Positions 1-8,540 of a DNA stretch of 50,953 nucleotides are shown here, one piece after another (position 1 is the first letter of the stretch; each line of letters begins with the position of its first letter). Both the position numbers and the translations under genes were made by a program. Source of the stretch: Candidatus Uhrbacteria bacterium (GTDB taxonomy: Bacteria; Patescibacteriota; Patescibacteriia; UBA9934); the NCBI GenBank assembly GCA_943354605.1, contig CALRCK010000006.1:1-50953 (forward strand), read 5' to 3'. The notes beneath the pieces are model-generated. The model did no database searches. It was not told the origin of the DNA and worked only from the letters and a program-made list of their open reading frames with translations.

Positions 1-4
1 GATT

Positions 5-730
5 ATGCAATCTACAAAACTCATCCTCAAAACCCTCCATCGGCTATCCGATCTCTACCCCGAGACCGGCGCGCTTCATGCTGGCACGCCGTATCACATG
101 GTGGTGATGGTGGCGTTGAGCGCGCGAACAAGGGATGAGCAGATTTTGAAACTTGCCCCGGGATTTTTTAGGGCCTTTCCAACCGTGCAGTCGCTCGCAG
201 CGGCATCGATTCAGGATATTACGGATCGGATCAACACGATTGGGATGTTTCGTCAGAAGGCGCGGAACCTTTCAAAGATGGCAAAGCTCGTTGTTTCGGA
301 ATTCCATGGGGAAATCCCGCGAACCATGGACGATCTTGTGCGTTTGCCTGGTGTTGGTCGGAAAACCGCGAGCGTGATTCTTGTTGCAGCCTTCGACACT
401 CCGGCGATTGCCGTGGACACGCACGTGCATCGCGTGGTGAACCGGCTTGGGTGGGTGAAGACGAAAACGGTTGAGGCGACGGAGCAGGCGCTTCTTCGAA
501 TTATCCCGAAATCAATGCAGCCGATCGTTAATCGCGTCTTTGTTCCGTTCGGCCGCACGATTTGCATCGCGAAGCCCCGATGCTGGGCGTGTCCGTTGGT
601 GAATGAATGTACGTTTGCGCAAAAGAATCTTATCCCTCCGCCGAATAAGGAAAAGGTTCTGAATACGATACAATCCATGCGTGACGGAATTCGTCTCCTT
701 AAAGATGCTTTACATGCTGCACTTCGATGA
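5..730 (+). CDS. nth: Endonuclease III (HhH-GPD DNA glycosylase/AP lyase)
   Basis: HhH motif LPGVGRKTA, catalytic AVDTHV, C-terminal 4-Cys Fe-S motif CIAKPRCWACPLVNEC. Confidence 0.93.
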   Translation: MQSTKLILKTLHRLSDLYPETGALHAGTPYHMVVMVALSARTRDEQILKLAPGFFRAFPTVQSLAAASIQDITDRINTIGMFRQKARNLSKMAKLVVSEFHGEIPRTMDDLVRLPGVGRKTASVILVAAFDTPAIAVDTHVHRVVNRLGWVKTKTVEATEQALLRIIPKSMQPIVNRVFVPFGRTICIAKPRCWACPLVNECTFAQKNLIPPPNKEKVLNTIQSMRDGIRLLKDALHAALR

Positions 731-1208
731 ACATCTCACGACACAAATTCGTGAAGCAGGACGGCCCTTGCTCCCCATGTGGCGTTTCTTGGCGAGCTAC
801 GGGATTGTTGGACTTTTTGCTTTTGGCTTGGCGATGATTGCGTCTGGCACGGTGAGCTGGTTTACGTTATTGGTTCCTGTGGCGTTAACGCACGGCATTA
901 CATTGGTTCTGCAGCTCGTCATTCGCCGCCCTCGTCCTCCTATCGCGATGTCGGAAATCCGCATGTGGTATCGAACGCCTTCTTTCCCGTCTGCGCATTC
1001 CGCCGGATCCATGGCATTCGCTGTCGCGATTTCTGCGGTTCTCCTTTCGTTGCCGACGTATGGTGTCGCGCTTAGTGTTGCGTGTATTGGTTTTGCGCTA
1101 TTGATTGGCCTTTCTCGTGTTATGGTTGGTGTGCATTACCTTGGGGATGTTTTGGTTGGATTCCTTTTTGGTATTCTCGTGACTGGAGTTTTTCTTGCAG
1201 TTCTTTAG
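714..1208 (+). CDS. PAP2-family membrane phosphatase
   Basis: Motifs RPRP, SFPSAHS and SRVMVGVHYLGDV; hydrophobic helices. Start uncertain (ATG 705 or 714). Confidence 0.88.
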   Translation: MLHFDEHLTTQIREAGRPLLPMWRFLASYGIVGLFAFGLAMIASGTVSWFTLLVPVALTHGITLVLQLVIRRPRPPIAMSEIRMWYRTPSFPSAHSAGSMAFAVAISAVLLSLPTYGVALSVACIGFALLIGLSRVMVGVHYLGDVLVGFLFGILVTGVFLAVL

Positions 1209-1307
1209 AAAAATGCTGTCTGTGTGGATAAGCGTGGCATACAATCATCATAATTGCGATATGCTTCTCGTGAATCAGGGTTCATTTTTATTCACGAAGC
1301 TCCACTT

Positions 1308-3479
1308 ATGACTGACGTTCGTACTTCATCGGTAACGATAACGCGACTGACGAAACTCGCGGCTTCGTGTCTTCTGGCAGTCGCAGGGTTCCTGGGAACT
1401 TCTCACTACGCTCATGCGCTTACGTTAACGAGTGCATCTGTTACACCGGGAAGCACAGTGGTTTCCGCTTCAAGCACGGTGACCGCAGCGTTCACGACGG
1501 CTTCGGCTCTTCCAACGAACGCAAAGATCGTTATCACATTTCCAACGGGGTTTAACATCAGCGCGATTACTCCACCGATCAACTGTACAGGTTTCACACA
1601 GGGCTTTTCATTCGGCGTTTCGAGTCAAGTTTTGACGTTGACTCTTGACGGTACCGGAAGCACGACTGGTGCCCCTGCGGCAATTTCCTGTACGTTCCCA
1701 ACAATCGTCAACCCAAACATTTCTGGAACGACGGGTACGTATACTCTCGCTACAACGCAGAACAACGGTACAGCCATCGATAGCGCGACAGTTGCTGGAA
1801 CCACCATTACCGCCGCAGATCCAAACGCATCTGTTGTAAAAGCGACTCCAACATCTGGAAGCACTGGAAACCTTACATTAACGACAGATATCGTTCGTGC
1901 TTTGGTTGTTACTGACAAGATTAACATCACGTTCCCTGCGTCATACGCTGTTGCGCAAACCGTTGCATCCATTGCTGCGGGAAGCATATCTTGTAGCTCT
2001 GGTAGCGCAACGCTTTCAATTACCGCGTCCGGACAGGTTCTGACATTGACGGTAGCAACATCGGGTACGCTTGCCGCTTCAAGTGGCTGTACCATCGTCA
2101 TCCCTGGTGCCGACGCCATCCCTCAATACGTTGACACGACGAATATTTCTACCTACACCATTCAGAATACCTCGAGCGTAGATATCTCTTCAGATTCAAC
2201 TGTTGCGTTAACGGATAGCACCGTTGGTGCTCTGTCGTCGACGAATGTCATCCCTGGAAGCTCAACGGTTGGTGTGACGAACACGGTTACGGTAAACTTC
2301 ACAAATACTACTTCGATTCCTTCTACGGGAAAGATCAAGGTTACATTTGGATCAGGATACGTCGTGACCTCAGTTGCATCAACGAGTGCGACGTGCTCCA
2401 CGATGGATGGGTCGTTTGCCGCGGCTTTCTCTGGACAAGTGGTAACAATCACGCGTAGCACGGGAAGCCCCGCGGTTGCTGGTGCGCAAACCTGTACCAT
2501 CGCGCTGATTCGTAACCCTGTCACGGCGGGAACAACGGGTACGTACACAATTCTCACAACAACCTCTGCAGACGCATCTATCGATACGGATACTGCGGTG
2601 GCCGCTGATACGATGTTCAGCGCGAGCGGTTCTTCGAACGCACAGGCAACCTCTACTCCTCTTACGTACGACATCGCGTTCTCTGCTCCAGCAGCAGCCG
2701 CTGCCTACAGCGCAGATGATTCGATTGTTATCACATGGTCCACGGCAGGTGGAACGGGAACGGTTGCTGCGGTGAACTTGGATTATTCAACCGATGGTGG
2801 ATCCACGTTCACTTCGATCGTTACTGCAACAGCAAATGATGGTTCATACACGTGGACCGCACCAGACATCAGCGCCCAGAGTGTGACTATTCGTGGTCAG
2901 GCTACGGATCTTCTCACGGTGCTCGATACTGCAACATCAAATGCATTCAGCATTGGAACAGAAGCTACAACAACCGAAGATACTTCAACCACGACCACAA
3001 CAACAACCACGACCGACACATCGTCAACGTCCACCACGCTTCTCCCAACCGGAACCTTCATGAAGGGAACGTCCTGGACCACGGTGTATTACGTGGAAGG
3101 CACAACACGCCGACCATTCTTGGATAGTCAAACATTCTTCACCTACGCCGACAACTTCGATTCGATCATCGAAACATCGGATGACTACTTGGCCAACTAC
3201 ACCATTGGAGCACCAATGGTAGCAAAGGCGGGCTCAGTGCTTGTGAAGATCCAGTCTGTAGACAAGGTATACGCTTTGACTGACGACAGCACACTTCGTT
3301 GGATTACTTCCGAGTCTCTTGCCTCAAGCCTTTATGGCAGCAACTGGGCTGATTACGTGATCGATGTCCCGGTTACGGCTTGGGGACACTTCACCATCGG
3401 CGACGACATCACATCGGTGAACGATATCACTGTTGACCGTTCAATGATGGAAACACGAACGGCTCTGAACTCAAAGTAA
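1308..3479 (+). CDS. Large secreted Ser/Thr-rich surface protein (repeated beta-rich domains, Thr linker, conserved C-terminal domain)
   Basis: Signal-peptide-like N-terminus ending AHA; internal repeat (PGSTVVSAS.../PGSSTVGVT..., GTTGTYT twice); poly-Thr linker; C-terminus paralogous to the next gene. Confidence 0.75.
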   Translation: MTDVRTSSVTITRLTKLAASCLLAVAGFLGTSHYAHALTLTSASVTPGSTVVSASSTVTAAFTTASALPTNAKIVITFPTGFNISAITPPINCTGFTQGFSFGVSSQVLTLTLDGTGSTTGAPAAISCTFPTIVNPNISGTTGTYTLATTQNNGTAIDSATVAGTTITAADPNASVVKATPTSGSTGNLTLTTDIVRALVVTDKINITFPASYAVAQTVASIAAGSISCSSGSATLSITASGQVLTLTVATSGTLAASSGCTIVIPGADAIPQYVDTTNISTYTIQNTSSVDISSDSTVALTDSTVGALSSTNVIPGSSTVGVTNTVTVNFTNTTSIPSTGKIKVTFGSGYVVTSVASTSATCSTMDGSFAAAFSGQVVTITRSTGSPAVAGAQTCTIALIRNPVTAGTTGTYTILTTTSADASIDTDTAVAADTMFSASGSSNAQATSTPLTYDIAFSAPAAAAAYSADDSIVITWSTAGGTGTVAAVNLDYSTDGGSTFTSIVTATANDGSYTWTAPDISAQSVTIRGQATDLLTVLDTATSNAFSIGTEATTTEDTSTTTTTTTTTDTSSTSTTLLPTGTFMKGTSWTTVYYVEGTTRRPFLDSQTFFTYADNFDSIIETSDDYLANYTIGAPMVAKAGSVLVKIQSVDKVYALTDDSTLRWITSESLASSLYGSNWADYVIDVPVTAWGHFTIGDDITSVNDITVDRSMMETRTALNSK

Positions 3480-3489
3480 GTACATACAC

Positions 3490-3520
3490 AACGTCCCGTC
3501 TTTATGGCGGGACGTTTTGT
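3490..3520 (+). terminator. Intrinsic terminator
   Basis: AACGTCCCGTC-TTTAT-GGCGGGACGTT followed by TTGT, just after the stop at 3479. Confidence 0.8.
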
Positions 3521-3568
3521 ATTCCATCTGTGCTATCCTTTCATGGAGCGATTCTTTAGCATTTTGTT

Positions 3569-5131
3569 ATGAATTCTGCGCGATCTTGGGCGCTTGTCGT
3601 TGGATCTCTCGTCATAGTCGGATTTCTCTTTGTTCCAAAAAACGTGGTTCACGCTGCTGCGCTCTCGCCAACCTCGGCGGTGTATCAGGATCTGAATACC
3701 GATGGGCGAGTGGACAACGTAAAGATTGTCTTCGCCGATGTCTCTTCGTGTGCATACGACGCTGACGACTGGACGGTTGGTGTTGCGGGAAGTGTAGGAA
3801 TCACCGCGGTTACCGGCATCAGTAATGGTGGAACATGTACGACCGATCACTATCTCAACCTTGCGGTGACCGCAACTGCAGGAATCACTGGCGGGGAAAC
3901 GAATCCTCGAATCGATTATTCGGATGCCGGAACGGCTGGGAGCGTTGTTGCCGACTGCAATCAGGGCGGTGCGAGCTTCACCGCAACCGACGGTGCATCG
4001 CCAGTGGTGATGTCGTCCGACCCTCCAGACGGCACCTCGGAAATTGAGCGGACAACGCCAATTACTTTGGTATTTTCCGAGGTTGTCTCTTCGCTCTCCA
4101 CCACGCTTACTGGTGGAGTGGTGCTAACCAACGCGGGATTGTCGTCTCCAACGGTTGTTCTTTCTGGATCCAAAGTGTACGGAACAAACCATCTCACAGT
4201 TACCGCAGCACCAGACGCATCTGGAAATGCTTTTGCGCGCTTTGTCGCGTCGGGGAACGCAACAACGTCATTCGCGGTTGTGCTCGTTGTTTCGGCAACA
4301 GCGAGTGTCCCGTCGAGTGGCGGTACCTATGCGGTCTTGCTTTCCAGGCCAGTGGCTGGTGAAACGCATGGTGCTGGCGACGAAATACTCATCGATTGGT
4401 CTACAGAAGAAAGCACAAGGGTTGTTGGTGTGGTGAACATTGCATACTCCACCGACGGCGGCGCGACGTACACCGCCATTGCGAATGGTGCTGCGAACAC
4501 TGACCGATACGCCTGGACCGCACCGAACATTAACGCGTCGGTGATGGTTCGTGTTCAGGCGTCAGACCTTGTGAATGTTCTTGCAACGGCAACGAGCGGC
4601 GTGTTTACCATTGGCACTCCACCAGTTTCGGAAGATGAAGCGTCTTCGGCAGACACCGCAGATGTTGCCCCTGAGGACTCGGCTGTTCAGCAACCGGAAG
4701 AACAATTCATCAAGGGCGTTTCGTGGAGCACTATCTATTCGATTGATTCAGTGGGGAAGCGACGGCCGTTTCTAGACGAGCAGACTTTTTTTACGTACGA
4801 GGATACTTTCGAGAATGTTGTCGAAGTCGCGGATGCGGATTTAGCCGCGTATCCGATTGGGGAGCCAATGCTGCCGAAGGCGGGAGTTGTGTTGGCGAAG
4901 GTCGTCTCGCTGAACAACGTCTATGCGCTGGAGGCCGATAATACGCTCCGGTGGATTATGTCCGAATCTCTCGCCGCCAATATGTACGGCAGCCATTGGG
5001 CCGATTACGTGATTGATGTTCCAGTGACGGCTTGGGGACATTTCACCGTTGGCGACGATGTAACAACGTCGGCGGATATTGTCGTTGATCCATCGATCCT
5101 GGAAACCCGCGAGGAGCTCAATTCCCGGTAA
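3569..5131 (+). CDS. Secreted surface protein, paralog of the upstream gene
   Basis: Signal peptide (VHA-A); shares YSTDGG..WTAP and RRPFLD.QTFFTY...LRWI.SESLA...W.DYVIDVPVTAWGHFT.GDD segments with 1308..3479. Confidence 0.75.
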   Translation: MNSARSWALVVGSLVIVGFLFVPKNVVHAAALSPTSAVYQDLNTDGRVDNVKIVFADVSSCAYDADDWTVGVAGSVGITAVTGISNGGTCTTDHYLNLAVTATAGITGGETNPRIDYSDAGTAGSVVADCNQGGASFTATDGASPVVMSSDPPDGTSEIERTTPITLVFSEVVSSLSTTLTGGVVLTNAGLSSPTVVLSGSKVYGTNHLTVTAAPDASGNAFARFVASGNATTSFAVVLVVSATASVPSSGGTYAVLLSRPVAGETHGAGDEILIDWSTEESTRVVGVVNIAYSTDGGATYTAIANGAANTDRYAWTAPNINASVMVRVQASDLVNVLATATSGVFTIGTPPVSEDEASSADTADVAPEDSAVQQPEEQFIKGVSWSTIYSIDSVGKRRPFLDEQTFFTYEDTFENVVEVADADLAAYPIGEPMLPKAGVVLAKVVSLNNVYALEADNTLRWIMSESLAANMYGSHWADYVIDVPVTAWGHFTVGDDVTTSADIVVDPSILETREELNSR

Positions 5132-5198
5132 ATCAATGGGCGTAGAGGCCTTAAACGGCTCGCGCTTTTGTGTTACCCTGGAATCTCAAGAAAAGCCT

Positions 5199-6272
5199 AT
5201 GCGAATTGTTATTCTTGCTGGCGGAATTGGAACGCGGCTGTGGCCGATGAGTAGAGCAACAAAACCAAAACAGTTTTTTGACGTGCTTTCGGATCAGCCC
5301 TTGCTTCGCGACACATACCATCGGATTGCAAAAGCGTATCCGGTTGAGAAGATCTATCTTTCCGTTTCTCCTGCATTCGCAGATCACGTTCGTCAAGTGC
5401 TCCCAGAAATTCCAGAGGAGAATATTATTGTCGAACCCGAACGTCGCGACACTGGCCCGGCTATGGGATTCGCGGCCGCTGTTCTGTCCCTTCGTGACGC
5501 CGATGAACCGATGATGTTCATTCCGGCGGACCATTACATTCGCGACGTTGAACGATTCTTGACGGTGCTTCGAACGGCCGACGAGCTGGTTCGCGAAAAA
5601 GGCGTTCTCGTCGACATCGCGATTCCGCCAACGTTTCCGTCAACAGCGCTGGGATACACTAAAATTGGATCGTCGATCGGCGAAAAGAATGGTGTTGCCG
5701 TGTTTGCTTTTGCGGGGCACACAGAGAAGCCGCCATATGAGATCGCGAAACAGTACCTCGAAGATGGCTCATACTTGTGGCACGCGAATTATTACACTTG
5801 GACGCCTGCGAAGTTCTTAGAGGCATTTCAGAAATACGCACCAGAAATGAGTGAAGGGCTTCTTGCTCTTTGTGAAGCGTATGCAGATGGCGATCTTGAT
5901 CGTGTCGCAGAAATTTACGCAATGCTTCCAGGAAAGTCGTTCGACTACGCTATTGCAGAAAAGATCGACCACGATCAGGTGCAAATTCTCCGTGGAGATT
6001 TTGGCTGGAGCGACATTGGTACGTGGGACGTTCTGCACGATCGACTCTCCGACCAAGGCGGGAACGTGGTGAAGGGGAATGCCATCGTGAAGAACACGAA
6101 CGGATCGTTAGTGTACGCGTCTGGTGATCGCCTCGTTGCAGCATTCGGCCTGCAAGATGTCGTTATCGTCGACACTCCCGACGCACTCCTCGTCTGCAAC
6201 AAACGCTCCGCGGAACAGCTGAAAGATTTGCTCGCCGAGATTCGGGAGAAGACAGGGGAAACGTATCTTTAA
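5199..6272 (+). CDS. manC: Mannose-1-phosphate guanylyltransferase
   Basis: ILAGGIGTRLWPMSR..KPKQF, EPERRDTGPA, PADH, SFDYAI.EK, WSDIGTW. Confidence 0.92.
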   Translation: MRIVILAGGIGTRLWPMSRATKPKQFFDVLSDQPLLRDTYHRIAKAYPVEKIYLSVSPAFADHVRQVLPEIPEENIIVEPERRDTGPAMGFAAAVLSLRDADEPMMFIPADHYIRDVERFLTVLRTADELVREKGVLVDIAIPPTFPSTALGYTKIGSSIGEKNGVAVFAFAGHTEKPPYEIAKQYLEDGSYLWHANYYTWTPAKFLEAFQKYAPEMSEGLLALCEAYADGDLDRVAEIYAMLPGKSFDYAIAEKIDHDQVQILRGDFGWSDIGTWDVLHDRLSDQGGNVVKGNAIVKNTNGSLVYASGDRLVAAFGLQDVVIVDTPDALLVCNKRSAEQLKDLLAEIREKTGETYL

Positions 6273-6278
6273 ATTTAC

Positions 6279-6378
6279 GTGCCCCCTCCAAGCTCCCCCA
6301 TAAATAAAAAAGAGCCGCTCACTGAGTGGCTCCCCTCCATTTATGGAGGGGTCGGGGGAGGCGTGCGGTGAGGGCCAG
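6279..6378. repeat. REP-like palindromic element with a nested terminator-like hairpin
   Basis: CCCCCTCCAAGCTCCCCCATAAAT, then AAAAAA-GAGCCGCTC-ACT-GAGTGGCTC, then CCCTCCATTTATGGAGGGG and GGGGGAGG. Confidence 0.55.
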
Positions 6379-6431
6379 GTCTTACCCTTTGTTTCTCCAC
6401 TATGCCTACCTATTCCTGGGAACGACGATCA

Positions 6432-7463
6432 ATGAATCCATTCAAAGGAAAAGTGCAGCTGCTCGCGGTCCTCATCGGCGGCGCAGTCGTCGTGGTGGGA
6501 TTCTTTGCGGCGATGTTTGCCGGCCGTGCGTGGTTTGCACATCCGACGGGGGATAATCGCCTGGAAGCAACGGTCACTATCGATCCCGGGGAAACGGTTG
6601 GCCAGCTTGCAAGAGTTCTTGAAACCGATGCGCTCATCGATTCTTCGTTCGCGTTTCGCGTGTATGTGCGACTATTCGATTCCTCGACGCTCTACCCTGG
6701 AGAGTACACGTTGATTGGCGGATCGAGTTACCGCGACATCATGGCAACGCTTCATCAAGTCGAATCCAACGTTGTTCGCATCACCATCCCTGAAGGATTC
6801 TCTCTTGCGGATATTGGCGTTCGCATTCAGAAGTTCTTGCCGAACATTACCACCGAAGCGTGGAATGCCGCGGTCGGCGTCAACGGAACGGCGTCCGCAA
6901 ATGCGTTTGTTGTGTCGGCACAGAAACCGGCAGGAGTCGATCTTGAAGGCTATCTTTTCCCCGACACGTACGAATTCTCAAAGGACGCCACGGCGGACGA
7001 CGTTGCGAACATCATGATCGATGCCATGAAGGGCCATATCGAGGATCTGGGCGCGCCAAGCGGCGATGCGGAGGGGATGAGCATTCACGAGGTGCTCACG
7101 TTGGCGTCTATCGTGGAGAAAGAAGTTCGCAAGCCAGAAACCATGAATAACGTCGCGGATATTTTCTTGAAGCGCATCGCGATCGGCATGGCGTTGCAAT
7201 CGGACGCAACGATCAACTACATCATTAAAGGCGATAACCCAAGCCCAACATACGAGGATCTGGAAGTTGATTCACCGTACAACACATACAAGAACCCGGG
7301 CCTTCCACCGGGCCCAATCTCGTCCCCAGGCTTAAACGCCCTCACCGCCGTGTTCCATCCAGTGCACAACGACTATTACTACTTCCTCACCACGGATGAT
7401 GGCGACATCTACTACGCCAAAACCTACGACCAGCACTTAGCGAATAAGGCGAAGTATCTCTAA
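6432..7463 (+). CDS. mltG: Endolytic transglycosylase MltG (YceG family)
   Basis: N-terminal TM helix; TIPEG, LEGYLFPDTY, LASIVEKE, LQSDAT, SPYNTYKNPGLPPGPI. Confidence 0.95.
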   Translation: MNPFKGKVQLLAVLIGGAVVVVGFFAAMFAGRAWFAHPTGDNRLEATVTIDPGETVGQLARVLETDALIDSSFAFRVYVRLFDSSTLYPGEYTLIGGSSYRDIMATLHQVESNVVRITIPEGFSLADIGVRIQKFLPNITTEAWNAAVGVNGTASANAFVVSAQKPAGVDLEGYLFPDTYEFSKDATADDVANIMIDAMKGHIEDLGAPSGDAEGMSIHEVLTLASIVEKEVRKPETMNNVADIFLKRIAIGMALQSDATINYIIKGDNPSPTYEDLEVDSPYNTYKNPGLPPGPISSPGLNALTAVFHPVHNDYYYFLTTDDGDIYYAKTYDQHLANKAKYL

Positions 7464-7513
7464 TCACGTCATCCCTCTCGCGTCATTTCGGTCATTCCCG
7501 TAACCTCACTTCA

Positions 7514-7581
7514 GTCATCCCCGCGTAGGCGGGGATCCAGACCGTTCGGAATATATGGATCCCCGCCTACGCGGGGATGAC
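7514..7581. repeat. GTCAT-headed palindromic repeat (REP/RPE-like)
   Basis: Perfect 26-bp inverted repeat GTCATCCCCGCGTAGGCGGGGATCCA (7514-7539) / TGGATCCCCGCCTACGCGGGGATGAC (7556-7581); three further GTCAT heads between 7468 and 7500. Confidence 0.85.
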
Positions 7582-7605
7582 CAGAGGGGACTCGAATATA
7601 TTTCT

Positions 7606-8520
7606 ATGCTCACCGCCATCTTCACTATCATCGGTCTCGCGGCCTTCGAGGTCGTCTCCAGTATTGATAATGCCGTCATTAACGCCGAAGTGTTGCAAAC
7701 CATGAGCCCCAAGGGCCGAAAATGGTTCTTGCTCTGGGGCATGCTCTTCGCCGTGTTCATCGTCCGTGGATTGCTCCCATGGCTGATTGTGTGGGGCGTA
7801 GTGCCAAGCCTTGGCCCGGTCGGAGCTCTGCTCTCGACGATGAGCGGCGATCCTCTCGTGCATCTCGCCGTGGAATCCGCAGCGCCAGTCCTCTTTGCCG
7901 GCGGCGGAACATTCTTGCTGTTCCTGTTCTTCCACTGGCTGTTCCTTGAAGAAAAACACTTTGGCCTTCCGCACGAAAAATTCTTTTCGCGCCAAGGCCT
8001 GTGGTTCTACGCCGTAGTCTCCATTCTCCTCGCCGCGATTGTCTGGTTCTCCATCGACATCGCCCCAATGATGGCCTTCGGCGCCGTTGTGGGATCGACC
8101 GCGTTCTTTATTACGCATGGATTCAAAGACAACGCAGAGAAGGCGGAACAAGAACTCCTCTCCGGCAACAAAGATCGCAGCGACATCAGTAAAATTCTCT
8201 ATCTGGAAGCCATCGACACCACATTCTCCATCGACGGCGTCCTCGGCGCCTTCGCCTTCACCCTCTCCGTTCCCCTCATCCTCATCGGCAACGGCATCGG
8301 CGCCCTCGTCGTGCGCCAACTGACGGTGAGCAACGTGGAAACGATTAAGAAGTACATCTACCTGAAGAATGGCGCGATGTACTCGTTGCTGATCCTCGGC
8401 ATGATGATGCTGTTCGAAGCCTTCGGCGTTCACGTGCCACAGTGGGGCGCTCCACTGGCGACGGTACTCATCCTGATTGCGGCGGTGATGAAGTCGAGGA
8501 TGCATTTGAAGGCCATTTAG
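7606..8520 (+). CDS. TerC-like (DUF475-type) integral membrane protein
   Basis: FEVVSSIDNAVINAEVL and LYLEAIDTTFSIDGVLGAFAFT motifs; many TM helices. Confidence 0.82.
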   Translation: MLTAIFTIIGLAAFEVVSSIDNAVINAEVLQTMSPKGRKWFLLWGMLFAVFIVRGLLPWLIVWGVVPSLGPVGALLSTMSGDPLVHLAVESAAPVLFAGGGTFLLFLFFHWLFLEEKHFGLPHEKFFSRQGLWFYAVVSILLAAIVWFSIDIAPMMAFGAVVGSTAFFITHGFKDNAEKAEQELLSGNKDRSDISKILYLEAIDTTFSIDGVLGAFAFTLSVPLILIGNGIGALVVRQLTVSNVETIKKYIYLKNGAMYSLLILGMMMLFEAFGVHVPQWGAPLATVLILIAAVMKSRMHLKAI

Positions 8521-8540
8521 AGGCCCACAAAATCAATACT

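Noticed and set aside
3340-5060. Diversity-generating retroelement TR/VR pair from the similar 3' ends of the surface genes
   Set aside because: Differences are mostly synonymous third-position changes rather than adenine-specific, and no reverse transcriptase is present
7567-8505. Long antisense ORFs (also 41603-42781, 45403-46620, 49062-50003, 32365-33252)
   Set aside because: Shadows of well-supported genes on the opposite strand, with no recognisable motifs
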